A DNA stretch of 62,965 bases, the filler included, from Globobulimina sp. (lineage: Eukaryota), in NCBI GenBank assembly GCA_003354225.1. It is 41 parts of 41 records of this genome, joined end to end, with 100 filler letters (N's around TTAATTAATTAA, not from the genome) between each part and the next. Parts side by side here need not be neighbours in the genome. Positions count along the whole stretch, not along the records: positions 12,313 to 13,751 come from PIVH01016655.1; positions 13,852 to 15,290 come from PIVH01016656.1; positions 15,391 to 16,829 come from PIVH01016657.1; positions 16,930 to 18,368 come from PIVH01016658.1; positions 18,469 to 19,907 come from PIVH01016659.1; positions 20,008 to 21,446 come from PIVH01016660.1; positions 21,547 to 22,984 come from PIVH01016661.1; positions 23,085 to 24,522 come from PIVH01016662.1; 33 more parts are not named here. One strand, 5' to 3'. Positions 13,077-24,622 of this stretch are shown one piece after another. Numbering within the stretch: the first letter of the stretch is position 1; each line of letters opens with the position of its first letter. Under the pieces are notes generated by a model that saw only the letters and a list, made by a program, of their open reading frames with translations, was not told where the DNA came from and made no database searches. The position numbers and the translations under genes were made by a program.

Positions 13077-13453
13077 TCTATTTATCCTTTAAACGGGCGT
13101 ATAATGGATCACAACTATTATAAGCTGAGCGTGCTTATCTTTTGGTCCATTTATTTTGTTGCATCAAAAGGCCAATACATCGAGTATTAAACATTTAATG
13201 CATTTTGTATATGAATTAAAATACTGTGCGATTTCTGCTCAAATTATTTAATCTGTGATCCTAATCTATAAAGATACTATGCTGTCCTTCATTGTCAATT
13301 TTTATTAATCAAATTCTAAAAAATTAAATGCAATATTCACGCCTATAGTTTCCCTTTCCTGAATTTTAAACCCATCCTAAAATTTATATGCAAATTATAA
13401 TGAGATTGGATCATCAATAAAAGTAAATCGAGATAAAATGCATAGAACACCAT

Positions 13454-13509
13454 ATTACAAATTGTAACTTTCCTATTCTTGACTTTATAACGATCATTGA
13501 ATACAAAAT
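13454..13509 (+). promoter_or_regulatory. Candidate sigma70 promoter with upstream palindrome
   Basis: TTGACT (13479) with TACAAA/CAAAAT 17-19 bp downstream; near-palindrome TTACAAATTGTAA at ~13454-13466. Confidence 0.35.
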
Positions 13510-13545
13510 GTTAACAATACTTTTATCATAAAATAAGGACATAAA

Positions 13546-13751
13546 ATGGAAAGAATGTCTGTTCGAAATGGCCCTTTGGTTCGATTTGCTGCATTTATTG
13601 TTGTGGTTGCAGGGATAAAAGCATCCACTGTATTGGTTGTTCCATTTTTACTGGCTGCATTTCTGGCAATCATTTGTGTTCCTCCGCTGTTCTGGATGCA
13701 AAAAAAGGGGATCCCAAGTATTATCAGCATTATACTCCTTTTGTTTGGAGT
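13546..13751 (+). CDS. Bacterial AI-2E family transporter (TqsA/YhhT-like), N-terminal fragment
   Basis: AAFIVVVAGIKAS..LVVPFLLAAFLAII..P...WMQKKGIP; TAAGGA SD just upstream of the ATG. Confidence 0.85.
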
Positions 13752-13851
13752 NNNNNNNNNNNNNNNNNNNNNNNNNNNNNNNNNNNNNNNNNNNNTTAAT
13801 TAATTAANNNNNNNNNNNNNNNNNNNNNNNNNNNNNNNNNNNNNNNNNNNN

Positions 13852-15290
13852 GATGACGATTGGCTCAGGAAAGTTATGTCGGTGTTGAATGATGATGATT
13901 TTTTTGGAAGACGGGGGAAACGTTTTGAATTCTTAAAATTAAACGTGTCACATCAGAACGATGACAAAAAAGATAATGTGTCACATCAGAACGATGTGTC
14001 ACATCAGAACGATGACAAAAAAGTGAAAAAAACAGTTAACAAATACATTATAATTCATTTTAATTTGTGATACAAAATGTGCATATAACTACAGATTGAA
14101 TTTTTCAATTTATCAATTTATCAACAACTTATTAATATGGGATTTGATGAAACAATAATATTGGAAGCAACACGTAAATATAAAACAGATATTAATAAAT
14201 GTATTACTTATATCACATCCAAACATACACAAAACGAAGAGAAGAAAGGGAATGTTTTTATTGAATGTGAATATATGCTCCGATTAAATAAATTATTAGA
14301 ATTGCAATTAGAAAGTGTTTGCGCAGCCGAGTTAATACGAAAAGTGTATGGTAAATATGGAGAGAAAGATATTGATTATTTTGTTTGTGATTATTATCAA
14401 TTTATTCGCAATATTGATGTGGATAAGTTTTATTTGTCAAATAATGAAGAAAAAGTATGTAATATTTGTAAATGTGTGCAAATAAGTCGCGAATATAGAA
14501 ATCGAAAAGAATTTGATTGTAATAAAGAAAAAAGATCTAAATTATATAATAAGTGTTTACATGAAAAAGGCGTTGTTTTATGTCAGTTATTGGATGAAAT
14601 TCATATTTGTAAATATCATTTACTTGAATTAGGATTTAGGACTCACGAAAATCAGACAAAAAATCAAAAAAATCAAAAAATATTTAATAACATTATAACA
14701 AATCGAAATATTAATATGAAAAATAATAAATTTATCAGACAAATTGGTAATTATAATCAAAATGAAGATGAAGATGATGAAAAAAAAGAAAATATTAATT
14801 ATAATGTTTCTTATGGTTTTGGTTATCGATTTTATTATCATAGCTATTATAAAAATAATACAACAAAATATGGACAAATACCTGGTGCTGGTCCTGGTGT
14901 GCTAGATCCAGGAAATCCAACCTATCGATATTGTGATTGGTATATTGAAGCAAAATATGATTCGCTGAGAGATGAAGTATTAAATTGTGAGCAAGAGAAA
15001 ATATCACTGATTGAATATAACAATACATGCATTAAAGCAACACTTAAATATCAAGCGTGTAAAAAAAATATTAAAGCGCCTGCTTATCAGTGGTTAAAAG
15101 TGTATGAAATCCACAGAAATTCAGCAATAACATTAAATCATATATTATCTATTTTATTTTATACAAATTTTACAAATCTACAAAATGAATTTAGTAAAAC
15201 ATATCGTAAAATGGATGAAAAAGAGAGTGATAATTCAATAAAACAAAGACATTCAAAATATGCAAATTGGGGCAAGTTTCTGCGTGAATG
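13852..15290 (+). CDS. UBA-like domain + lineage-expanded domain, possibly ADP-ribosyltransferase-associated; partial at both ends
   Basis: LINMGFDETIILEA...DINKCITYI is UBA-like; C-terminal YGFGYRFYY...KYDSLRDEVL...HILSILFYT...FSKTYR...WGKFLRE; intron ending CAG at ~14094. Confidence 0.55.
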
Positions 15291-15390
15291 NNNNNNNNNN
15301 NNNNNNNNNNNNNNNNNNNNNNNNNNNNNNNNNNTTAATTAATTAANNNNNNNNNNNNNNNNNNNNNNNNNNNNNNNNNNNNNNNNNNNN

Positions 15391-15577
15391 ATCTTCAATT
15401 AAATCAGGAATAAGATCAACAAATACAATGGCAAAAATTGTACCTAATGAACATGTTAACAATTCTCTTTCGTATCTTAATATCCATTTTTTACGAACAA
15501 AGAAACATAGACAGGTAGGAATCAGCATTAAAAATAATGCTATAATACATTCGGGCCAACCCACTGAGACTGCCATC
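15391..15577 (-). CDS. ZIP (SLC39) metal transporter, N-terminal fragment
   Basis: Two TM helices ending LLTCSLGTIFAIVFVDLIPD, matching the ZIP TM2 pattern G..L...F.HL.P. Confidence 0.6.
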
Positions 15578-15662
15578 TGATTAAGCTTGGGAATGCAGAA
15601 AATAGCAACAAAAACTTCATAGTAAAACATATGCATCATAATATGTAGCAATGGTATTAGTA

Positions 15663-16819
15663 TTATATCACATTGAAACTACCAGTAATCTTTGACATAA
15701 TCCATTTGGCTTTGTTTTTAATTGATTTTTCCTTATGCAACGTAAAAATCGCTAGTTTCTTTGGTAATTGTGTTTTTATAAGGCGTTTCATCTCTTCATT
15801 TGAGTCTATATTACCAAATAAAAGTATATCATTTACAATATTACCAATTATCTGTAATACACTTTCTTGAATGTTATATATATCCAATAAACGAATTAAC
15901 CTTTTAAACAATCCCGATGTAGCAAAAAAGTCTCGAATCCTTTTCTCATTAAAACCAGTGGTCAATGCAAGTAATGCAGCTGTTGTATTCTTTAAAATTT
16001 CTATATCATCATAATTTAACATAATGTTGATAGTTTTTAACTGCAACACAACATATTCCCACTCAGGTTTTGGGTGTCCATCACATAAATTATCCAAAGT
16101 CCAACATATAATACGCAATGCATTCAGCTCTTCTTCATCTCTGTTTCTGTTTATTGTTTCTGATAACTTTTTTATTAAAAACAAATTCAAACATTAATGC
16201 GAAACATTTCACAGATATAAATTGTGATATATACTACCTTAAGTAGATGGGGCATGATTCCATTGCTTAGCACTTGATCTCGGAATTCGACACAATTTGC
16301 AGTGATATTGCCTAATGCCCAAATTGCATTCAATCGAACTTGGTATGATGAAGATAACCAAACAGAATCGACTAACACTGCAATAGAGCCTTGCTTTACA
16401 ACTTTAGCGGTATATTCGTCATTCTCTGCTGATGTTAAATTGGTTAATATCCAAATGCACTCACTTTGCAAATCATTGTCGATACAATAAATCATACATA
16501 ATTTGATAATATCTGTTGGTACAAACATTGTATATTCTATAAATTGGCGAATAAATCCACGACAAACTCTCTCATATTTACCATTGTTATCTTTTAGTAG
16601 TTTTACAATTTGTGGAACAGCATTGGTGTTTATAATGGCTGAAATGGGCGCTTTTTCAACAGACGATAATTGCCGTATCTTTATAACTGATGGTAATGGA
16701 GTCTCAGAATCATATATATCTTTGATCCATAATGGTAACTTTTCCATCACTGTCTCTCTAATAATTTGTTCATGAATCCACGTATTTGATTTGGTCTTAG
16801 CTGTTGAATAAGGATGCAT
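15663..16819 (-). CDS. Importin-alpha-like armadillo-repeat protein, two exons
   Basis: IRQLSSVEKAPI..II...VP, LQSECIWILTNLTS, NAIWALGNITA....RDQVL, WTLDNLCDGHPKP; intron at ~16168-16217. Confidence 0.85.
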
Positions 16820-17339
16820 AATAACGTTCNNNNNNNNNNNNNNNNNNNNNNNNNNNNNNNNNNNNNNNNNNNNTTAATTAATTAANNNNNNNNNNNNNNN
16901 NNNNNNNNNNNNNNNNNNNNNNNNNNNNNTGTGAAAAAATGGAATTCTAGCAATTTCTAACTTTGTCAAATCGAAAAATTGAAGTCTTTCCTTTTAGATC
17001 CTATCTGATTCATGCAATACACACACAATACAACAACGCAAAAGTCAAACAAAATGACGAAAGAGTCAGTGTGGTCATCCCTAGTATATTAGTTTATTAT
17101 GCTTGCTGGCATGTTTTTTTATTGAATTGATCTCATTCAAACGAGATTGGAATCAGGATTTAATTCTTAATCATATAACTAAATTAGCAGAAGGAAATTT
17201 TCGCTAAAGATAGTTACCTCAGTTGTATGCACATCCGTTTATTTGTCCATTAGAATACATTTTTACCAATATAATCAAAACTAATCAGTGGATTTCCACA
17301 GATTCAATACCATATGAACTAGCTCGATTAGAGCTTTCC

Positions 17340-17796
17340 AATGATATGCTTATCGTTTCCTGGTGATGAATATTGATCGTATAGTGATGATTTTTGTTTA
17401 ATAGGTGAAGATAGAGTGAAACATGATGCTCTTGTTTTGAAAATAATAAATAATAAATAAAATGTGAATGTAACGTATTCTTCAAAGATGACAACAATGA
17501 TGACGTGTATGCCAGAGATTGCAGCGAAGAGTCCACCTTTAATTCAGTCAACGAATTGGAAGAAAGCAACACAGCTCAACATTCACCAAATCGCAGCATA
17601 AAGTCGGGTTTGGTTGATATGTTTTGGTAGTTTGTATTATTTCGTTTATTTGATGTAATTCATTCTTGTTATTATTATGATTGTTATTATTTCCATTCAA
17701 TAACTGTTTTTCATGAAAATTGTACAATGATTTTAGAGAGATTTCACTATCATTATTTAAATGATTATCAATGGAAGATTGTACATTTTGTGACAT
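17340..17796 (-). CDS. Hypothetical spliced protein with a hydrophobic segment
   Basis: N-rich first exon from ATG 17796; downstream frame GGLFAAISGIHVIIVVIF. Confidence 0.35.
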
Positions 17797-18009
17797 AATA
17801 ACTCTAGCTAAAAAACAACTCTTTTCTTAGCATGTCTGTGAATGCTAAAGAGTCCCTTCAAAAGGTCATATTGCATCAACATTTGTAGGGAAAACAGAAA
17901 GGATTGCCAGCGCAAACAAAATCCTATGCAAGATAAAGATATGCTCGATCGTAAAATATAGTTGCCAACCAACCATGAAACAATAAAAGTCAAATTAAAT
18001 ATATAATTT

Positions 18010-18368
18010 CTAGTCGTCTTGCAATTCATTGTCAGGCAACAGCATCACGCCGATGGAGCCAAAATATCCCTCATGTTTCAGAAAACACGCTTTGATGACA
18101 CCTTGCGACCAATAATGACATTTTGTCTCAAAAAATTGCCAGCAAAGAGAATGCGCGTAATCTTAAACCGCATCGCGTTCAAATACGCCAATTGCGCAAT
18201 TCATCGCAATCACATCCAATAAACCTCGCGCAATGTCTCCCATTGACAAGTCTTGCGAGGGATTCTTAACCGAGTGTAATTCTGCACCATCGCCGAAAAA
18301 AGAAAATAGAAAATAACAAACCATACTAAAATAATATAAAACAATGTATTGTCAAGCTTGCAACAGAC
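18010..18368 (-). pseudogene. Type II (Fumble-family) pantothenate kinase C-terminus, multiply frameshifted
   Basis: Across three frames: DIARGLLDVIAMN / QLAYLNAMRFKITRILFAGNFLRQN / HYWSQGVIKACFLKHEGYFGSIGVML, the PanK-II GNFLR and HEGYFG motifs; absent from the ORF track. Confidence 0.85.
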
Positions 18369-18468
18369 NNNNNNNNNNNNNNNNNNNNNNNNNNNNNNNN
18401 NNNNNNNNNNNNTTAATTAATTAANNNNNNNNNNNNNNNNNNNNNNNNNNNNNNNNNNNNNNNNNNNN

Positions 18469-19213
18469 CACAACAACCTTTTTTTATAACTGTTGCGCTT
18501 TTATCGTGCATCGCGTAATCAATATCCTCATTATCTTCCAATAGCGGTTCCTTGAATGTCTCCTTCGAACGTCTTGCAATCGATCCAGCTTTGGATGTGG
18601 TCCATTCCTCAGAAATCACTGGCTGGCCAAGTTCAATTATTCCACGTTCCTCAGGCAAATATCCATAGCTTGGATTGTGATGTTGTGCCATAGGCATAGT
18701 GTGCGACATTTGATGTTGATATTGCATATTATTCATCATATTATTATTGACTGGATTTCCATGTGGACGCATCCGTGGCATTGATACATTGCGTTGGTAT
18801 ATATTATGCATATTTGGAAGTGGCATTGACTGATTTCTTTGTTGCATTGGATGTACATGTTGGTGATTTGTGCGATGTTGGCTTGGGATCGGTGGTGCTT
18901 TGAAGTTTGGTACATTGCGCATTGGCACCGGTGGTTGGAATGTATTGTTATTGTTGTTATTGCGATGGATGTATGAAGGCATTGATTGTGTGGATGTAAC
19001 GGATTCATTATGTCGATTGTCGAGGGATGGTAATGGTTTTCCTGCCTTTGGGTCACATTTATGATGAATTTGCAGATATCCATCTTGTGATTTTTTTTGT
19101 AAATGATTTACCGACACATTTTGATTTGTAGCATGCGCAGGTTGTTGATGCATTAATTCAATGCTTTTGTTTGTAATTTTTGTATATGGATGTTCTTGAG
19201 GTGGAGATTCTGC
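18469..19213 (-). CDS. P/Q/N/H-rich disordered protein, internal or last exon
   Basis: Long open frame after acceptor TGCAG; reaches KKGCC at the contig edge. Confidence 0.55.
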
Positions 19214-19429
19214 ACAATGATATCAAGGGGGTCGGGTTATCTAACCATCGACCTAAAAAAAACATTTAATTCATCACTTTATTGTTGGTCTCAACTGCTT
19301 CGCAGCACCGGAAGGATCTGTATATGGCTATGATTTGTGGACAAGCCATGATTTTTAAACGTTTATAGTTTATATATAAGATACTAAGATTATTTACAAA
19401 CAAAAGTTGTATTCACACAAAGACCGCAG

Positions 19430-19756
19430 TTACATTGGTGCTCCATATAAAATCATACTCAACAAAATACGGTTTGTGTGTGCAAAATGTGATTTCAACA
19501 ATGCCACTTCGAACAACCAATCCTTTCTTAATGTACATAATTCCGATATCATCACAGATGCAAACTGCTCATCATCACTTTTTACCACAATCAATGCCAA
19601 CGTTTGACTGTCAAATAAAACATTCCCTGCTAATTTGCGGATTTCTTTTACCGCTCCTTCTCTATTCTTCATATCAAAATACTGCACTTCACTTCGTTGC
19701 AATATCATACAAATCAGCACTTGTCTAAAACGAGGATATTCTACTCGACGCATCAA
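19430..19756 (-). CDS. Hypothetical protein or exon
   Basis: 108-codon ORF with globular composition. Confidence 0.4.
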   Translation of the reverse strand: MMRRVEYPRFRQVLICMILQRSEVQYFDMKNREGAVKEIRKLAGNVLFDSQTLALIVVKSDDEQFASVMISELCTLRKDWLFEVALLKSHFAHTNRILLSMILYGAPM

Positions 19757-20007
19757 TCTATTTACAACATTGTAGGTTGCGACAATATAGAGGCAATATA
19801 TTTTTAATTACACACAATATAATATAGGCAGTATAGAGAGTGGCAAGATAATTGCAAACAAAATAGGAAATATAAGCGTAAAAAAAATAGGGAATGCGGT
19901 ATTGGGANNNNNNNNNNNNNNNNNNNNNNNNNNNNNNNNNNNNNNNNNNNNTTAATTAATTAANNNNNNNNNNNNNNNNNNNNNNNNNNNNNNNNNNNNN
20001 NNNNNNN

Positions 20008-20483
20008 GGCGGTGGCTGTGGCTGTGGTTGTTTTTCGTCATTGGTTTTATAACTATTGGCCTGTTTAAGTTGAGCTTGTTCTTTTTTATCGAATAAATCG
20101 ATGGTTTTAAACTGTGAGGTCTTGTTATTGAACATAATGATTTGTTGCCCGCTGGCCGTATTACAGAAAACAAAGCCAGTCAAATCATGGATTTTTTGCA
20201 ATGCTTTTTGGACGGATTCATTTAAGGGATTATATGCATTCTTATTACATATAAAACCGGTGATGGCGTGAGTTTTCGTGCTCGGTGGGGTATGAATGAC
20301 GCCATAGCGGTCGGCTCCAAATGAGATTACTTTATGGACTGAACCTACACCGTCTGCAATGTCTAAGGTTGATTTACAAAATTGGTTAAAGGAGGAGGCA
20401 TCGATGAGATTATAGGATTTCTTGTTGATGCTATAGGATAAATCTACTCCTATCAATACTTGCTTTTTTGTAATTGCACTCAT
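20008..20483 (-). CDS. Hypothetical protein, 3'-truncated
   Basis: Open frame from MSAITKK to the contig end. Confidence 0.5.
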
Positions 20484-20630
20484 ATGGTGTGAATACAATA
20501 ATGTACAGGTTGGAATGTATTACGATTAGAGTTTTGAAAGTGCGACTGTTGACATGCAGTGGGTTTCACTAACTTGATCGTAACTTGTTTTTTTGCTAAA
20601 TAATAAAATCTTTAATTAGTTATTTTGAAA

Positions 20631-21446
20631 ATGCGGCCAGCATTACAGGCACAAATCACACAATTGCATCAACTGTGTAACAGACAGTTTGGATCATCCA
20701 GCATATTACAAAAGAAATTGGAGCGATATGATTATGCCGGAGTCAGTACAAAGCCATCAAAGTTAATGCAAAACATACATTTGGATACATCCATATGGAA
20801 TGATGTCAATTTAGTTGACAGTGACATTTATATTAATAGCCCGGCAAAAGCTGGAACAACATGGACACAAGAAATAGTGGCCCAAATACTATATAATGGG
20901 CAATATCAAAGTATATTAGGTCTAGAATCAGTGTGGGATGTTTCAATTTGGCCAGCAATATATATAATGCCTAGAGATGTGAAAATAAATATTTTATCCC
21001 AGCAATTAGAGAATGAAAAAGTACCGAGACGAATTATTAAGGTATTGCTTAGTTTTTACATACAAAATTGATTTATATTATATATCGATCAATTATTCCC
21101 TAATTCAGACACATGAACCAATTGAAAGTATGCCATTTAATCCACAAAGTAAATATATTTTTGTTGGGAGAGATTACAGAGATATTATATGGTCATTCTA
21201 CAATCATTTTGCATTGTGTTCAGATGATTATTTCAATATATTGTTTGAAAAAAGAGAGTATGAATTTACAGGAATACCTAAACCGAATTTTAACGATGGA
21301 TCCTTTACAGAATATGATCTTTGGAACATGATGTTAACTCAGCCACAGCCAGATGATGGCACTGTGGATGGCTTCCCGTTTTGGTCGCAATTACTGATCG
21401 TAGGAAGTTGGTGGAATGTGCGGAATCTAGCAAATATAAAAATGAT
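20631..21446 (+). CDS. PAPS-dependent sulfotransferase (Sulfotransfer_1), two exons, 3'-truncated
   Basis: 5'-PSB loop PAKAGTTWTQEIV; intron 21042-21108 joins RRIIK|THEP; 3'-PB motif KYIFVGRDYRDIIWSFYNH. Confidence 0.92.
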
Positions 21447-21546
21447 NNNNNNNNNNNNNNNNNNNNNNNNNNNNNNNNNNNNNNNNNNNNTTAATTAATT
21501 AANNNNNNNNNNNNNNNNNNNNNNNNNNNNNNNNNNNNNNNNNNNN

Positions 21547-22984
21547 ACCAATTTTGATTTTTTTTCAATGAAGACCTTTCAAACAAATCCGAATGCTTTG
21601 AAATATTTACAATGTAGTTATTATTGTTAATATCTGCTGCGATGGTACTATTTATTCCAACTGCCGCATAATATTCATTCTTATTGGCCAATTTCGTTGA
21701 TTTTGTAATTAAATAATTTATTAAATCTATTAATTTCTGATCAATATTTACCTTCGTTGCATCAGCTGAAGTTCTGTTACTGTCATTATTGTCATAGTTT
21801 AAATTTGGTCGATTATTAATTAAAATTAAATACGAATCAAAATTGATTGGCGATATCATATTCACCATAAAGCCGATTTCATTTAAGGTATTACTGTCAT
21901 TTATTGCTAATCCATCATAAATTAATGCTTTTTTTATTTCAAATGATAAATGAAAATATTTTCTTCTTTCATTGATTGTACTGTTTGATTTGAATGATTT
22001 GTTCAATTTATTTCGAACTTTTTTTGATTCGATATATAATTTAAGTGCAATCAATTCAGTTACACATAGTCGCAAATTTCTATTCCATTTTGATTGAGTC
22101 AAATATTGACAATAACTCTTTATATTTTCATACAAAATAATCTCTTTTTTCCCAAAATTACCTCGGATTTCATCGTCTAAATCATTAAATAACGGTCGTT
22201 GGTATGAGGCAAACCATTCATGTTCAATCTTAATTTTGTAATTTGAAATGTTTTCGTTTGTTTTACCGCTTTGAAACCACTCATGAATCATCGTTAGAAT
22301 CTTTGTTAAATGCTTTACAGCAATGATTGGAATGTTTTTTGTATGCGAACATAAATCAAAGTAGTGATTATGTAACGTTTTCCTATTGTACCTATTGATT
22401 ATTTTATCTTTGTTTTCCTTTGATTTTGAGTGTAATATACATAAAAGTGTCCATAGCTCAATGAGTGTCATAATTAATCCATTAATATGATTTAATTCGC
22501 TTTCATTTGATAACATTTCTTGTACATTTCGATATTTCTCCAAATATTTACACATTGTATTTAAATTTGAATCTAAATCGAAATCTGCATGATCTGCATC
22601 AAAATCTAATTTATATTCTGCAAGTTCTGGTGGCTCTTGTTTCATATCATCAGAAATATCGATATCCAAAGCAAAAGAAGCTTGAATTTCATTTAATAGC
22701 TTACTAATTTCCACTGGACTTATTTCATACATTTTATTCAATATTTTCTCAACATTTCCCTTATTAACATTTGCATTCAGCATTGACTTTTTTAACAAAC
22801 TTTGCTTCATTTTAATAAATTTTTTCCCATTCAAACGTATTTGCTGCATAAAATTTGCACAAGTCTGCAAATTTACTTTTTTATCTCTTTGCTTTGTTTT
22901 TTGATTGACATTACAGATAAAATTGGCAATATTTATAAACACGCATACAAATTGATGTTGATTTAAGTCCTTCAAAGATGTCTG
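21547..22984 (-). CDS. Hypothetical helical protein, partial at both ends
   Basis: Whole contig is one open frame (~478 codons). Confidence 0.65.
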
Positions 22985-23802
22985 NNNNNNNNNNNNNNNN
23001 NNNNNNNNNNNNNNNNNNNNNNNNNNNNTTAATTAATTAANNNNNNNNNNNNNNNNNNNNNNNNNNNNNNNNNNNNNNNNNNNNGTATGTATATGCCTCA
23101 TCACATTCATAGATTTGAAAGCACTCGCTCAACGAGGACGTTGGCAACAACACCCGGGGGGTAGAGACAGGAATGGTGATGTTGCTCTTTGTACAAAAAT
23201 GCTTGTTACCATATTCAATGTGTATATAAAATTCGAGAAAATACCAAAAAAATTGTTATCTTAAAATTTTTGCAATGTTGTATGCCTTATACGTTGAAGC
23301 TATATTGATGATCTTGCTTTGAGCTCACCCGCTCGTATTAACTGGATTTTCAATTTATCCGACGTCTCAAGTTAAAAGAATAAACACAAAATTCAGTGTA
23401 GCAACCCGTTTGACTTGTTAGTCATCGCTACGCGTGTTGTGCCGTCTCTCTGTTTACTCAGTAGACCGGAAACCGTGGAATGTTCTAGACTCAGTCTTAT
23501 CTGGGGGCGTGGCGAACACGTGACATCGATTAGTTCACTTTCACACCACTCGGCGCACTTAGCGCCTGACTATGGCGTGCAAAAGGTACGGTACTTTGTG
23601 TCGGTTCCGTCGTGTAAACGTGAGCGTGGGGCGTGGAGGCGCCGAATTAAGATAAAATAAAAATCTCGTTTTACTAATCTGAAAAATTGCTCTTCATTCT
23701 TGCTCTGTCGTGACCATTTCTCGTTGCGTCACGTAAAAATTCTTGTTATTAGCGGAAAATATTATTGTTTTGTAATGTAAATAATTCTTTGTAATTTCAA
23801 AA

Positions 23803-24522
23803 ATGTCTGAAGAGGCAAATATGGCCGAGGAGGGTAAGAAATAATTTAAAACAATACTTTCTTTTCAAATTTTAAATGTTTTATAAATTAAAAATCTCTA
23901 AACATTTGACTAAGTCTGTTCAAATATTTTCAAAAATTATTTAATAGTCATTTAAAAATTAATTTTAAAATTACAGCGCGGCGTGATAAACGACGGAACG
24001 TAAGTACTATAATAGCCTGCACTGCCATGCTTATTCACCCTATTTTTGTTGATTAATCCTACCTTTATTATTTACGCACGTGGTGTCGGTGGCTTGCTAC
24101 TACTTATTAGTTAGTTAGCGAATACGCTTTCTTTTGAGGGATTTGATGCAAATGGAATTTTTATTTCAGATCAAATCGCCGAAGGTTTATCACCAGTGTT
24201 TGGTAATGATCAAGTTGAGCCCCCAACGGTACTCCCCACCCCTTTGGGTCCTCCAGACGGTTCTGTCTCTTTGGGTACACCACCCGCTCCAGAGTCAGTT
24301 TCCGCAGAAGCGACCCGAACGGTGGAGGCAGCGTCAACAGAGGATACAGTACCTGATGAACCTATGGACGAATCTAATATCGAAATGGTCTCTCCGGGCC
24401 CCTTTCCGCATGACGATTCGGTGTTTGTATTACCTAATCCGTTGCTCGACGGGTCCCAGGAACCAAGTACATCACAGGATATTAGCGATACATTAGAAGA
24501 ACCGTCGGTGCCTTATGCAGCC
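23803..24522 (+). CDS. Acidic/Pro-rich N-terminus of a spliced gene, possibly from a different organism
   Basis: ATG 23803 exon ending GAGG|GTAAG joins in phase to TTTCAG|ATCAA at ~24169; higher GC and longer intron than most contigs. Confidence 0.45.
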
Positions 24523-24622
24523 NNNNNNNNNNNNNNNNNNNNNNNNNNNNNNNNNNNNNNNNNNNNTTAATTAATTAANNNNNNNNNNNNNNNNNNNNNN
24601 NNNNNNNNNNNNNNNNNNNNNN

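Noticed and set aside
19230-19253. Small hairpin GGTCGGGTTA-TC-TAACCATCGACC
   Set aside because: Short, imperfect, single instance; could be chance
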